64,000 nucleotides of DNA from an uncultured Pelagibacteraceae bacterium (GCA_902604225.1 CACKXV010000002.1:8799-72798), one strand, 5' to 3'; positions 52,069-62,663 are shown, numbered from the stretch's first letter. The notes: generated by a model not told the origin, from the letters alone. A program made the numbers and translations.

Positions 52069-53889
52069 ATGACATTAAAGTTAAGAAACATTGCTATTAT
52101 TGCTCATGTTGATCATGGGAAAACGACATTAATAGACTCTTTAATGAAACAAACAGGCATGTTTCGTGAAAATCAAAACGTAGATGAACGTTTAATGGAC
52201 TCTGGCGATCTCGAAAAGGAAAGAGGGATTACTATTCTAGCAAAACCAACTTCAATTGTTTGGAAAGATGTCCGTATTAATATAATCGATACTCCTGGGC
52301 ATGCTGATTTTGGAGGTGAAGTAGAACGAGTTCTTGGAATGGCAGATGGCGTAATAATATTAGCAGATGCTGCAGAAGGACCAATGCCGCAAACAAAGTT
52401 TGTTTTAGGTAAAGCTCTCGCTCAGAATTTAAAGCCCATTGTTGTAATTAATAAAGTAGATCGGCACGATGCTAGATCTGACGAGGTTGTTAATGAAGTT
52501 TTTGATTTATTTGTTGCATTAGAAGCAAGTGAAGAACAGTTGGACTTTCCAATTTTATATGCGGCAGGTAGAGAGGGATGGTGTATCGAAAAGTTAGATG
52601 ATCCCAGAGAAAATTTATATCCCTTATTAGATCTAATATTAAATCACGTTGAAGAACCAACAGTAGATCTATTAAAACCTTTTGCAATGCTCGCAACTCT
52701 TCTTGATGCAGATCCTTATTTAGGACGATGCCTTATTGGAAGAGTTATAAATGGATCCGCAAAAGTAAATGATCAAGTGAAGTCTATTAATCTAAGTGGT
52801 CGCCAAATAGAAACGGGTAGACTGACCAAACTATTTACCTTTAGAGGGGCAGACAGAGTGCCAGTTGATGAAGTAACAGCTGGAGATATAATCTGTATCG
52901 CTGGTTTAGCTGTGACATCAGTAGCAGATACAATATGTAACCCTGAGGTTACAGAACCACTCGTTTCAACACCCATTGATCCTCCAACTATGTCAGTGAC
53001 TATTACAGTCAATGACTCGCCATTTGCTGGTACCGATGGAAATAGAGTAACCTCAACTTTAATTCGTGAGAGACTTTTAGCTGAAGCTGAAACCAACGTT
53101 GCTATTACTTTTGAAGAAAATGGTCAAAAAGATGCTTTTGAAATCGGTGGGCGTGGTGAGCTGCAAATCGGTGTCTTAATAGAACAAATGCGAAGAGAAG
53201 GATTTGAACTATCAGTATCAAGACCACGTGTTCTTTACAAAGTTGGTGAAAACGGAGCAAGAACAGAGCCTATTGAGGAGGTTATTATTGACGTTGACGA
53301 CGAATATACAAGCACTGTGGTTGATGGAATGAATCAAAGAAAAGGTGAAATGCAAGACATGCGAGCATCTGGAGCAGGTAAGACGAGACTAACATTTTTA
53401 GCTCCATCAAGAGGCTTAATAGGATACCAAAATAAATTCTTAACAGATACAAAAGGAACAGGCGTTCTCAATAGGCTCTTCAAAAAATATGATAATTATA
53501 AAGGGAGTATTGTTGGACGAAAATATGGAGCATTAATATCAACTGATACTGGCAGCGCAGCAGCGTATGCAATTTTTAACTTACAAGATCGTGGTACAAT
53601 GTTTATTGGCCACCAAACTAAGGTTTATGGAGGTATGGTGGTTGGTGAGCACAGTCGTGATAATGATCTTGAAATAAATGTTTTAAAAGGTAAGCAGCTT
53701 ACTAATGTAAGGGCTTCTGGAACAGATGAAGCAGTTAAATTAACTCCACCAAGAAGAATGTCACTAGAAGAAATGATGGCTTATATCAATGAGGATGAGC
53801 TATTAGAGGTCACTCCAAAAAATTTAAGATTAAGAAAACGCTATCTATCAGCCATTGATCGTAAAAGAGACAGAAAATCAAAATCCTAA
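52069..53889 (+). CDS. typA: translational GTPase TypA/BipA
   Basis: [32 protein letters not shown] GTPase motifs. 606 aa with the characteristic BipA C-terminus. Confidence 0.95.
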   Translation: MTLKLRNIAIIAHVDHGKTTLIDSLMKQTGMFRENQNVDERLMDSGDLEKERGITILAKPTSIVWKDVRINIIDTPGHADFGGEVERVLGMADGVIILADAAEGPMPQTKFVLGKALAQNLKPIVVINKVDRHDARSDEVVNEVFDLFVALEASEEQLDFPILYAAGREGWCIEKLDDPRENLYPLLDLILNHVEEPTVDLLKPFAMLATLLDADPYLGRCLIGRVINGSAKVNDQVKSINLSGRQIETGRLTKLFTFRGADRVPVDEVTAGDIICIAGLAVTSVADTICNPEVTEPLVSTPIDPPTMSVTITVNDSPFAGTDGNRVTSTLIRERLLAEAETNVAITFEENGQKDAFEIGGRGELQIGVLIEQMRREGFELSVSRPRVLYKVGENGARTEPIEEVIIDVDDEYTSTVVDGMNQRKGEMQDMRASGAGKTRLTFLAPSRGLIGYQNKFLTDTKGTGVLNRLFKKYDNYKGSIVGRKYGALISTDTGSAAAYAIFNLQDRGTMFIGHQTKVYGGMVVGEHSRDNDLEINVLKGKQLTNVRASGTDEAVKLTPPRRMSLEEMMAYINEDELLEVTPKNLRLRKRYLSAIDRKRDRKSKS

Positions 53890-53893
53890 TTAC

Positions 53894-54655
53894 TTAATTT
53901 TTTACACCATATCCTTTTGAAATCACAATAGCTACGCCAACAATACAAGCCACTAAAAAGCCTACAAGCGATACAACACTTATAAAGATATTAATATCTG
54001 AAGCGCCATAAAATGACCATCGCATCCCATTTATAAGGTATACCACAGGATTAAAGTATGAAACTTTCTGCCAGAACTCGGGTAACATCTCGATTGTATA
54101 TAAACTGCCCCCTAAAAAAACTAATGGAGTAATAATTATGAGAGGAACAACTTGCAATTGCTCAAAGTTATTGCTGAGCAATCCGATTAAAAATCCAAAT
54201 AAACTAAATGTAAGACAAGTTAAAATTAGGAGAAAAAGCATCAACAAGGGATATTGAATTTTTAGTTCAACAAAAAAACTTGCAGTAAGTAAAATTATTA
54301 TACCAACAATTAAAGACTTTGTTGCACTGGCTCCAACAAATCCAATTATGATTTCCAAAGATGATACCGGTGCAGCCAACACCTCATAAATAGAACCTGT
54401 GAATTTTGGAAAAAATATTCCAAATGCTGAGTTTGAAATACTTTGCGTCAAAAGAGTAAGCATAAGTAACCCAGGTACTATAAATGATCCATAACTCACA
54501 CCATCAAGCTCTGGTATCATGCTTCCTATTACGGATCCGAATACAATAAAATATAAAGAAGTTGAAATTACTGGTGAAAGTATGCTTTGACCTATTGTTC
54601 TTCGCATTCTATCCATCTCATGGAAATATATTGCTCTTATAGCGTAAAAGTTCAT
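53894..54655 (-). CDS. ABC-2 type exporter permease
   Basis: 253 aa with 6 TM, in the ABC-2 (YadH-like) layout. 1-nt start/stop overlap with the upstream ATPase gene. Confidence 0.85.
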   Translation of the reverse strand: MNFYAIRAIYFHEMDRMRRTIGQSILSPVISTSLYFIVFGSVIGSMIPELDGVSYGSFIVPGLLMLTLLTQSISNSAFGIFFPKFTGSIYEVLAAPVSSLEIIIGFVGASATKSLIVGIIILLTASFFVELKIQYPLLMLFLLILTCLTFSLFGFLIGLLSNNFEQLQVVPLIIITPLVFLGGSLYTIEMLPEFWQKVSYFNPVVYLINGMRWSFYGASDINIFISVVSLVGFLVACIVGVAIVISKGYGVKN

Positions 54656-55578
54656 TAATTTTCCCTTACTAACTCGACAAAAATATTTTCTAAAGAACTT
54701 TGTTCAGTTTTTAAATCTTTCAACTTCAATCCAGTTTCTTTCATATCTTGTAACAATGATGTAATTCCCGTTTGTTTACTTGACGAGTCATAATTGTAGC
54801 TGATTGATAATCCATTGTTCAAGACTGTTAGATTGTAACTTTCTAATTTAGAGGGAAGTGCTTGAATAGCCTCCTGTAAGTCAATAACAAGTGTTTTCTG
54901 ACCCATACTCTTTACTAGGTCAGATGTGTTATCAACTACTAGAAGTTCTCCTTTATTAATAACAGCAACTCGGTCAGCGATTGCCTCTGCTTCTTCAATG
55001 TAATGGGTTGTAAGAATAATAGTGACACCACTATTTCTTAGATCCTTAATTACTTGCCACATTTCTTGCCTTAATTCAACGTCTACGCCAGCACTGGGCT
55101 CATCAAGGAATAATACGGAAGGTTCATGTGAAAGAGCTTTTGCTATTAATACCCTTCTTTTCATACCACCTGATAATTCATTAATTCTAGAGTTTCTTTT
55201 ATCCCATAAGCTTAAATCTTTTAAAATTTTTTCAATTAAAGATGGATTGGGAGCCTTTCCATATAACCCGCGTGTATAAGAAACATTATTAAATACATAC
55301 TCAAATTGTTCTAATGATAATTCTTGTGGAACTAAACCAATTAGCGACCTAGTACGTCTATAGTCTTTTATAATATCAAAATTATCGACTGTTACTGAGC
55401 CAGATGTTGGAATAACAATTCCACATATAATGCTAATCATCGTTGTTTTTCCAGCACCATTTGGACCCAACAAAGCAATAATTTCATTTTTCTTTATGTC
55501 CAGGGTGATATTTTTTAGTGCCTGAAAATCATTATCATAAATTTTTGAAAGTTTTTTAATTGAGACAACATTTTGCAT
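54655..55578 (-). CDS. ABC-2 type exporter ATP-binding protein
   Basis: Walker A GPNGAGKTT, signature LSGGMKRRVLIAKAL, Walker B VLFLDEPSAGVD. Confidence 0.92.
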   Translation of the reverse strand: MQNVVSIKKLSKIYDNDFQALKNITLDIKKNEIIALLGPNGAGKTTMISIICGIVIPTSGSVTVDNFDIIKDYRRTRSLIGLVPQELSLEQFEYVFNNVSYTRGLYGKAPNPSLIEKILKDLSLWDKRNSRINELSGGMKRRVLIAKALSHEPSVLFLDEPSAGVDVELRQEMWQVIKDLRNSGVTIILTTHYIEEAEAIADRVAVINKGELLVVDNTSDLVKSMGQKTLVIDLQEAIQALPSKLESYNLTVLNNGLSISYNYDSSSKQTGITSLLQDMKETGLKLKDLKTEQSSLENIFVELVREN

Positions 55579-55638
55579 CGCTACTTTATATCACTAAAAA
55601 TAAAGAAGTCTTTTATTCTTTTAAATAAATTATTCTAA

Positions 55639-56262
55639 CTAAATTGGCTGAAAGATACTTGATGCAAAATCAAGTACATGAATTTTACCCGATCCAATAT
55701 CTATCCAAGAGCCATAAATATTGATTTCTTTACGATCCAATCTTTCACGAATAAATGGATAGCTCTCTAGATTTTCTATAGATGTTTTAATACTTACCTT
55801 CTCCAAATCTTTTATTGACTCATTTTCATTCAAGTTAGAAATCTTGTTAAAAGAGGGCTTAAGAAGATTTAACCAGTTTGAAATTGATGAGTTGGCATCG
55901 AAGGAATTTTCTTTACACATACCGTACCCATTTTTAATACCACCACAGCTTGAATGACCCATAACAATTATATTTTTAATATTTAAGACCGTAATACCAA
56001 ACTCAATAGCTGCAATTGTTCCGCTATGTTCTGTTATATAATTATACGGTGGAACAATATTTGCTATATTTCTATGGACCAGCATCTCACCTGGTTCAGA
56101 TTTAAATATTGAATTTGGATCTACTCTTGAGTCGACGCAAGAAATGATAATATATTTTGGAGACTGGCCTTCTTTAGCAAGACTCTCAAAAAGATTTTTC
56201 TTTTTTAAGTATGTATCATTGTGCCAATCTTTATATTTTTCTTTAAGATCTTGTGGAAACAT
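55639..56262 (-). CDS. beta-class carbonic anhydrase
   Basis: Zinc-ligand motifs SCVDSRV and GHSSCGGI. Confidence 0.9.
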   Translation of the reverse strand: MFPQDLKEKYKDWHNDTYLKKKNLFESLAKEGQSPKYIIISCVDSRVDPNSIFKSEPGEMLVHRNIANIVPPYNYITEHSGTIAAIEFGITVLNIKNIIVMGHSSCGGIKNGYGMCKENSFDANSSISNWLNLLKPSFNKISNLNENESIKDLEKVSIKTSIENLESYPFIRERLDRKEINIYGSWIDIGSGKIHVLDFASSIFQPI

Positions 56263-56266
56263 ATCT

Positions 56267-58195
56267 TTAATTATTTTTTATCCAAATCGGTGATGACCAT
56301 GCCATCTCACGCATAATTTTTGGATAGTTTTTAGAGGGTTTTTCATCTATTCTGATACTATCATAAGTTGACCATCTACACGTAGGGTTTTCAATAGCTC
56401 TAACGTAGTAAAAAGCATTTTGCTCAAATGAGTATTTCTCATCAGTCCATAGAATTTCTAATCGATCGGCTCCGAAGTTTTCGTTAAATGAACAATTGTC
56501 AAAATCTACCTTTGCTTTTGTTGGTTTGCACCTATTTTTTCTGCTATTAATTTCCCTATCATCACTACAGACTACATCGTAAACAACTTCTTTTTCATTT
56601 CCATCTTCAGTCCAACCTTTAACTATTTGAATTTTGTCTAATGGCGCACTCAGTGAGTCTCGTTCAGCAGTGATATAGAATTTGGGTATTTGCATAGAGC
56701 TATTTATAACAGTACTGCCCATGGTATAACCGTTTTCATAGGATTCTGCTATTGGATCAATAGACTTATAGATTTCTTCTGTACTATTAAAATTGAGAAA
56801 AAATCTCAACTTAATTCTTGTACCGCTAGTTGCATACACTTCTTTTTTTTGCATGGCTTCAAATAAAGTATTTCGATTGTTCTCTTCAGCCCAAACTGCC
56901 GCTAGACCACCTGGATTATTTACAAGTTGGGTCATTAATAATCCTTCTTTAACTCTTCTTTTAGACGGTCCAACGAAGCTGGTTCTACCTCTGTAATCCC
57001 ATTCTTCTGTATCTCCTGGATTAGAATTATGAGAGTCAGAACTTCCTATCATTCCAAAATCAAGGGGATTAAATCCAAATTCGTTCTCCAAAGAAAGCCC
57101 TTTTTTTAGTCCATCACGCGCCATAGAAGTTTCTTGAATGCATAATGTATCATCATCATTTTCACATTTTGGATAAAATTGTTCAATATCACATTCTTCG
57201 TCAGTACTTCCAAAAAATGTACTGCATTCTGAGTTTCCTTTGTCCTGAAATATTTCAACTAATGGCTCATTGTTGTTCCGTAGTTTCCAATCTTCAAGTG
57301 TATATTGTTCATTATCGATCGTATGGTTTGCAAACGCATATCCCCATGAGCGATTACCATTATGTGGTATTGTCATAAACTCACAGGGATAGTTGCAACT
57401 TTCTAATAACTTTTTCCATAAATCAATAGCTGTGTGAGCATCGAAAAGTGAGAAAGCTTTTTCAGGGACCGTATTATTTTTAAATATAACATTTCTGTGG
57501 TTATAGCCACCATCAGGTAATGTGGGCGAGTATTCATAAGCAACAAACGTTGTAAATTTTCCAGGTTCATTATGGTTATCCGCAGCTTTTATAATTTTGT
57601 TCCATGTAGATTTTATAAATCGTTCTTCCTTTTCTTTATCACCAATAGCTGCTGACATGATGCTTACTGGCGGCCTCGCAACAGATGTCTCGCGAAGATC
57701 AAAAAAAAATCTATAACTAGGGGACTCCAATCTTGCACAAGTAATTTTGGACTCCTCTGTAATCTCTGGATCGGCACAGCTTTCCTGTAGTCCAAAAGTT
57801 TCTGCATGATCAGTTACTGCAGCAAAGTCTAGAGGTCTTGAAATTTGCATTTGTTCACCAAACATATTAAGCATAGGCTCTCCCTTGGCAAACTTATATG
57901 TATCATCTAGGCCATAGCGATTACCAAAAATATAGGAATCAAATGACAAGCTTGAATGAACATGAAGATCGCCAAAATATACATTCTTATTCTTGTTTGG
58001 TTTTTTAAATTCAAAAGGTTCAAAAACAGTTTGCCTTGTAATATTTTCTCTTTGTTCTTTTGCTTCTTCAGAAAGTTTTAAAATTTCTTCTTTTGATAGG
58101 ACAGGTACGTTGTATAAGTTATACAAATATAGAGAACCAATTAAAATTAAAAAACCAAGGGAACTAAATAGAATAATCCAATGAATTTTTCTCAT
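56267..58195 (-). CDS. membrane-anchored DUF3604-like (PHP-type metal-dependent) protein
   Basis: N-terminal TM (IHWIILFSSLGFLILIGSLYL). GDLHVHSSLSFDSY PHP-like metal motif. The size (642 aa) matches my memory of DUF3604. Confidence 0.6.
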   Translation of the reverse strand: MRKIHWIILFSSLGFLILIGSLYLYNLYNVPVLSKEEILKLSEEAKEQRENITRQTVFEPFEFKKPNKNKNVYFGDLHVHSSLSFDSYIFGNRYGLDDTYKFAKGEPMLNMFGEQMQISRPLDFAAVTDHAETFGLQESCADPEITEESKITCARLESPSYRFFFDLRETSVARPPVSIMSAAIGDKEKEERFIKSTWNKIIKAADNHNEPGKFTTFVAYEYSPTLPDGGYNHRNVIFKNNTVPEKAFSLFDAHTAIDLWKKLLESCNYPCEFMTIPHNGNRSWGYAFANHTIDNEQYTLEDWKLRNNNEPLVEIFQDKGNSECSTFFGSTDEECDIEQFYPKCENDDDTLCIQETSMARDGLKKGLSLENEFGFNPLDFGMIGSSDSHNSNPGDTEEWDYRGRTSFVGPSKRRVKEGLLMTQLVNNPGGLAAVWAEENNRNTLFEAMQKKEVYATSGTRIKLRFFLNFNSTEEIYKSIDPIAESYENGYTMGSTVINSSMQIPKFYITAERDSLSAPLDKIQIVKGWTEDGNEKEVVYDVVCSDDREINSRKNRCKPTKAKVDFDNCSFNENFGADRLEILWTDEKYSFEQNAFYYVRAIENPTCRWSTYDSIRIDEKPSKNYPKIMREMAWSSPIWIKNN

Positions 58196-58240
58196 AATAT
58201 CTAGTCATAGACAATATAAGGGTATAAAATTTTTACAAGC

Positions 58241-59383
58241 ATGAGTGAAGGATATATTTTAAAAAAAACTGAAAAATCTCTACCATTAAATTGGTATTTC
58301 AATCAAAATCAATTTGATAAAGAAATAAGGAAAGTTTTATCAAAGGAATGGCTATACATTTGCCATGAACATGCTTTATCACAGCCGTTATCTTTTCATA
58401 CTGTTGAAATAAGTAAATTTAATATTCTTCTTGTGCGTGACAAAGATGGAAATATGAATGCATATTATAATTCTTGTAGCCATCGAGGATCTATTTTAAA
58501 AAAAGAAAAAAATGGTAAGCTAAAGTCTAATTTATTAGTTTGCCCTTATCACCAATGGTCCTACAACGCAAGTAATGGAAATCTCGTAAAAACTTCCTCA
58601 ATAATAGATCCAAAAAATTTTAAAAAGGACAAAAATTGTTTGATCAAAGTAAAATTTAAAATTTGGAATGGACTAATTTTTATTAACTTAGACAATAAAG
58701 CTAAATGGAATTCAAAAAAAGTTTTCCCGGATTATAGTGACGCTTTTTCGCAATTGAATGTGAGTAATTATCAAATTGGCCACACATGGAAAAAACAAAT
58801 AAAATGTAACTGGAAAATTTTTTGGGAAAATTATAGTGAGTGTCTACATTGTCCAAATCTTCATCCAGAACTATCTAATCTTGTTCCTATTTATGGTCGG
58901 AGACTTGTAGACATTAAAGATGACCCTAACTGGAAAAGGTTTATCAATCATGATGATCCAAAGTATAAAGGAGGTATGAAAAAAGGAACTGAAACGTGGT
59001 CAATGGATGGCAGCGCGCAAGGGCATCGTGTAGAATACTTAGAAAAGCAGACAGACTTCCCTGGATATATTTATATGACAAGCTGGCCATCTATGTTTTT
59101 AGCAATTTTTACTGACCATATCAGAATGGTTCGTATCCTTCCTTTATCGAATGAACTCACAGAAGTAACGGCAGAGTGGGTTTTTCGAAAAGAAACACTT
59201 AAAGATAAAAAATATTCAATGAAAAATGTTGTTGATTTTGCAGTGCTCGTAATGAAACAGGACGCAGAAGCTTGTGAACTTAATCAAAAAGGCATACATA
59301 ATCCAATACGTAAAAATGGAACCTTAATGCCTGAAGAGTATGAAATAAAAAGGTTTCATAATTGGCTTAGAAAGAAATTATAA
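58241..59383 (+). CDS. Rieske [2Fe-2S] non-heme-iron oxygenase, alpha (catalytic) subunit type
   Basis: Rieske motif CSHRGSIL..(17 aa)..CPYHQWSY. Mononuclear-iron region NWKIFWENYSECLHCPNLH. Confidence 0.88.
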   Translation: MSEGYILKKTEKSLPLNWYFNQNQFDKEIRKVLSKEWLYICHEHALSQPLSFHTVEISKFNILLVRDKDGNMNAYYNSCSHRGSILKKEKNGKLKSNLLVCPYHQWSYNASNGNLVKTSSIIDPKNFKKDKNCLIKVKFKIWNGLIFINLDNKAKWNSKKVFPDYSDAFSQLNVSNYQIGHTWKKQIKCNWKIFWENYSECLHCPNLHPELSNLVPIYGRRLVDIKDDPNWKRFINHDDPKYKGGMKKGTETWSMDGSAQGHRVEYLEKQTDFPGYIYMTSWPSMFLAIFTDHIRMVRILPLSNELTEVTAEWVFRKETLKDKKYSMKNVVDFAVLVMKQDAEACELNQKGIHNPIRKNGTLMPEEYEIKRFHNWLRKKL

Positions 59384-59393
59384 ATATTAAAAA

Positions 59394-60554
59394 ATGAATG
59401 TAGTTACAGAAAATTTTGAAAAAGAAATGATTGCTTGGAGGCATGACTTTCATGCCCACCCAGAACTAAATTTTGATTTAGACATCACATCAGCAAAAGT
59501 TGCAGAGATTTTAAAAAGCTTTGGATTAGAAGTTTTTGAAGGAATTGGAAAAAAAGGCATTGTTGCAGTCCTTAAAAATGGCAATAGTAATAAGAGTATA
59601 GGTATACGTGCTGACATGGATGCTTTACCAGTAAAAGAAGAGAGTGACTGCGCATATAAATCCACTCATGAAGGAAAAATGCATGCGTGTGGTCACGATG
59701 GTCATACGGCAATGGCTCTCGGTGCTGCCAAATATCTTTCTGAAACAAAAAATTTTAATGGCACGGTTTATTTTATTTTCCAACCTGATGAAGAAAAAAC
59801 GCAAGGTGCACAAGCAATGATTGATGACGGTTTGTTTGAAAAATTCTCGATAGATGAAGTTTATGCATTTCATAATTTACCAGGAATGGAAGTTGGCTCT
59901 TTTGCTACACGTTCAGGCACAATAACAGCAAGTGAAAGTCTTTTTAATATCAAGCTTTGGGGTCAAGGCGGACATTCTGCATTACCGCACATGGGAGTTG
60001 ATACGATAACAGTCGGAACACAAATTATAACTTCCTTGCAATCAATAGTTTCAAGAAAATTAAACCCAGCAATGAATGGTGTTGTATCTGTTACCAAATT
60101 TGAGTCTGATGGAAATGAAAATATTTTACCCGGTCATTCTATAATCTCTGGAGATGCTCGAGCACTATCGCCTGAGGCCAATAAAATTATTGAAGATAGT
60201 ATGCGAAATATTGTTGAAGGCATTGCCAACGCTCACGGTATAAAATTTGAATTTACATACGATACGCGAACAAACATGACAATTAATACAATTGAACAAG
60301 CAGCTTTTGCGTCAAAGGTTGCTGAAGATCTTGTTGGAACTAAAAATGTTGATAGAAATTGTGATCCAAAATTATTTTCTGAGGATTTTGCTCAAATGTT
60401 AATGGTTAAACCAGGTTGCTACATACTTATTGGCAACGGAACAGAGGGAACACACGGTCAGTCATTACATTCTTCTACATACGATTTTAATGACAAACTT
60501 CTTGTGATCGGGTCCTCTTTCTGGACCAAACTTGTTTCTGAACGACTATCCTAG
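59394..60554 (+). CDS. M20D amidohydrolase (hippurate hydrolase / N-acyl-amino acid amidohydrolase-like)
   Basis: MHACGHDGH metal-binding motif, FQPDEE, and a dimerisation-domain-sized insert. 386 aa. Confidence 0.88.
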   Translation: MNVVTENFEKEMIAWRHDFHAHPELNFDLDITSAKVAEILKSFGLEVFEGIGKKGIVAVLKNGNSNKSIGIRADMDALPVKEESDCAYKSTHEGKMHACGHDGHTAMALGAAKYLSETKNFNGTVYFIFQPDEEKTQGAQAMIDDGLFEKFSIDEVYAFHNLPGMEVGSFATRSGTITASESLFNIKLWGQGGHSALPHMGVDTITVGTQIITSLQSIVSRKLNPAMNGVVSVTKFESDGNENILPGHSIISGDARALSPEANKIIEDSMRNIVEGIANAHGIKFEFTYDTRTNMTINTIEQAAFASKVAEDLVGTKNVDRNCDPKLFSEDFAQMLMVKPGCYILIGNGTEGTHGQSLHSSTYDFNDKLLVIGSSFWTKLVSERLS

Positions 60555-60558
60555 ATTT

Positions 60559-61728
60559 ATGAATTTTCCTAAAAGTGAATATATTGATAGACTTGCTAAA
60601 GTTAAGATGTCAATGCAAGAAAAAGGAATAGATCTGTTAATATCGCAAGATACCGCAAATATGAATTATCTAACAGGATATGACGCATGGTCATTTTATT
60701 ATGCGCAATGTGTTTTAGTTCATGTTGATCTAGATGAGCCATTTTTGTTCGTAAGAGATCAAGATGCTGGAGGTGCATTTTTGCAGAGCTGTTGGTCACA
60801 AGAAAATATTATTGTATATGCAGAAAAATATATCCATACATGGCCCAACCACCCCTACGATTATTTAATCGAGATCATTAAAAATAAAAATTGGGATAAT
60901 CAATCAATCGGTCTTGAAATGGATAGCCATTATTTTACAGCTTTTTGTTATCAGAAACTTATTGATGGATTGCCTGATGCATTACTTAAAGATTCTGAAA
61001 GGCTTGTGAATTGGGTGAGATATATAAAATCTGATAATGAAATTGAACTAATGAAAAAAGCTGCATTGATTACCGATCAAGCTATGCAAACTGCAATTGA
61101 CACAATAAATCCAGGAATTAGACAATGTGATGCAGTTGGAGAAATTCAAAAAGCAATGTTTTATGGTACACCTGAAATTGGTGGGGAGTACTCAAGTATC
61201 GCTACCTTATTGCCCACTGGCGCAGGGACATCTGCGTCTCATTTAACTGCAACACAAGAGAAGTTTGTTAAGGGCGAAGCTACAATTGTTGAATTAGCTG
61301 GTGTTCATAAGAGATACCATGCTCCACTAGCGAGAACAGTATTGCTTGGTAAGGCAGAGCAAAAAAAAATTGACGCTATTAAAGCTACCAATGAAGCTTT
61401 AGACGAAGGCATTTCAGCCATTAAACCTGGAAATACAGCTGATGATGTGGCACAAAAATTTTGGGCTATTCTTGATAAGCATGACATTAAAAAAGAATCA
61501 CGAACTGGATATTCAATTGGCATAGGATATCCTCCAGATTGGGGTGAGCACACAATAAATATCTCTAAAGGAGACCAAACTATTCTTCATCCAAATGTCA
61601 CATTCCACATGATTGCAGTAATGCAATTCGGTAGCTGGGGCGTTGAAGCGAGTCACTCATTGAGAGTTACAGAAAATGGTTCAGAAAAGTTTTCTGATTT
61701 TTCAAGCGATCTGTTCATTAAAGACTAG
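60559..61728 (+). CDS. M24 creatinase/Xaa-Pro peptidase-fold hydrolase, ectoine hydrolase (DoeA/EutD)-like
   Basis: NYLTGYDAWSFYYAQ and LVNWVRYIKSDNEIELMKKA resemble the DoeA N-terminal region (from memory). Pita-bread C-terminal half. I prefer ATG 60559 to the TTG at 60532. Confidence 0.75.
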   Translation: MNFPKSEYIDRLAKVKMSMQEKGIDLLISQDTANMNYLTGYDAWSFYYAQCVLVHVDLDEPFLFVRDQDAGGAFLQSCWSQENIIVYAEKYIHTWPNHPYDYLIEIIKNKNWDNQSIGLEMDSHYFTAFCYQKLIDGLPDALLKDSERLVNWVRYIKSDNEIELMKKAALITDQAMQTAIDTINPGIRQCDAVGEIQKAMFYGTPEIGGEYSSIATLLPTGAGTSASHLTATQEKFVKGEATIVELAGVHKRYHAPLARTVLLGKAEQKKIDAIKATNEALDEGISAIKPGNTADDVAQKFWAILDKHDIKKESRTGYSIGIGYPPDWGEHTINISKGDQTILHPNVTFHMIAVMQFGSWGVEASHSLRVTENGSEKFSDFSSDLFIKD

Positions 61729-61827
61729 CCATAAGCTTAGAAAATAATCCTTCAATAGCACTCCTTGTTTTTACTAGAGAATCCTATAAAAAAATTGTAT
61801 AAAGTAGCGCAATTCACGGAGATAATT

Positions 61828-62016
61828 ATGGGCATTCATCACGATTACAAGTCTAAACGCGGAGAGCGCGCGATGGCAAAACAACAGAAAAGAGAGTCCA
61901 AACAAGCTGATAATACAGATAAAAAAGAAGAAGAAAAACTTGTTAAAGAGCTTAAAAAAGCAGGGTTGAATAAAGATGAAATCAAACAGTTCCTCGAAGG
62001 ACGAGCAAAAGAATAA
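61828..62016 (+). CDS. small Lys/Glu-rich hypothetical protein (62 aa)
   Basis: ATG 61828 preceded by GGAG (61818-61821) with a 6-nt spacer. The product MGIHHDYKSKRGERAMAKQQKRESK... is low complexity. The upstream part of the ORF-track frame (from 61765) lacks an RBS. Confidence 0.35.
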   Translation: MGIHHDYKSKRGERAMAKQQKRESKQADNTDKKEEEKLVKELKKAGLNKDEIKQFLEGRAKE

Positions 62017-62107
62017 AAAGCTTAATGATACTGAACGACTATCAGAGGCTTTGAGACAGAATTTAAAAAAAAGAAAAGAATATCAACGAAAGAAAGAAGA
62101 AAAATAA
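61976..62107 (+). CDS. possible 43-aa basic small protein (not in the ORF track; overlaps the previous ORF in another frame)
   Basis: Own translation: [43 protein letters not shown]. The stop (62105-62107) is 1 nt before the dcd ATG. The LxEALRxNLxKRK tail recalls small alphaproteobacterial hypotheticals. Confidence 0.3.
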   Translation: MKSNSSSKDEQKNKKLNDTERLSEALRQNLKKRKEYQRKKEEK

Positions 62108-62108
62108 G

Positions 62109-62663
62109 ATGACCATCATGTCTGATAACTGGATTAAAAAAATGTCTTTAGATCAAGGCATGATTGAGCCCTTTGTAGACGGACAAAAAAAAGATGGGAC
62201 TATTTCCTTTGGATTGTCCTCTTACGGATATGACGCAAGAGTATCTGAAGATTTTAAAATATTTACAAATGTTGACTCAGCATTAGTTGATCCTAAAAAT
62301 TTTGATGACAAAGGCTTTGTTGATAGACCAGGCAAAGAATGCATCATACCACCTAATTCATTTGCACTGGCACGCACCGTTGAATATTTCAGAATTCCAA
62401 GAGATGTATTAGTAGTTTGTTTAGGTAAATCAACATATGCAAGATGTGGAATAATAGTTAATGTAACTCCTTTGGAGCCCGAGTGGGAAGGACATGTAAC
62501 TTTAGAGTTTTCAAATACAACACCACTGCCAGCAAAAATATATGCAAATGAAGGAGGCTGTCAGTTCCTATTCTATAAAGGAGAGGCTCCGCCAGAGATT
62601 TCCTACAAGGATAGAAAAGGGAAATACATGAAACAAACTGGCGTTACTCTTCCCAAGCTATAA
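62109..62663 (+). CDS. dcd: dCTP deaminase
   Basis: 184 aa. [55 protein letters not shown] are dCTP deaminase/dUTPase-fold signatures. Confidence 0.92.
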   Translation: MTIMSDNWIKKMSLDQGMIEPFVDGQKKDGTISFGLSSYGYDARVSEDFKIFTNVDSALVDPKNFDDKGFVDRPGKECIIPPNSFALARTVEYFRIPRDVLVVCLGKSTYARCGIIVNVTPLEPEWEGHVTLEFSNTTPLPAKIYANEGGCQFLFYKGEAPPEISYKDRKGKYMKQTGVTLPKL

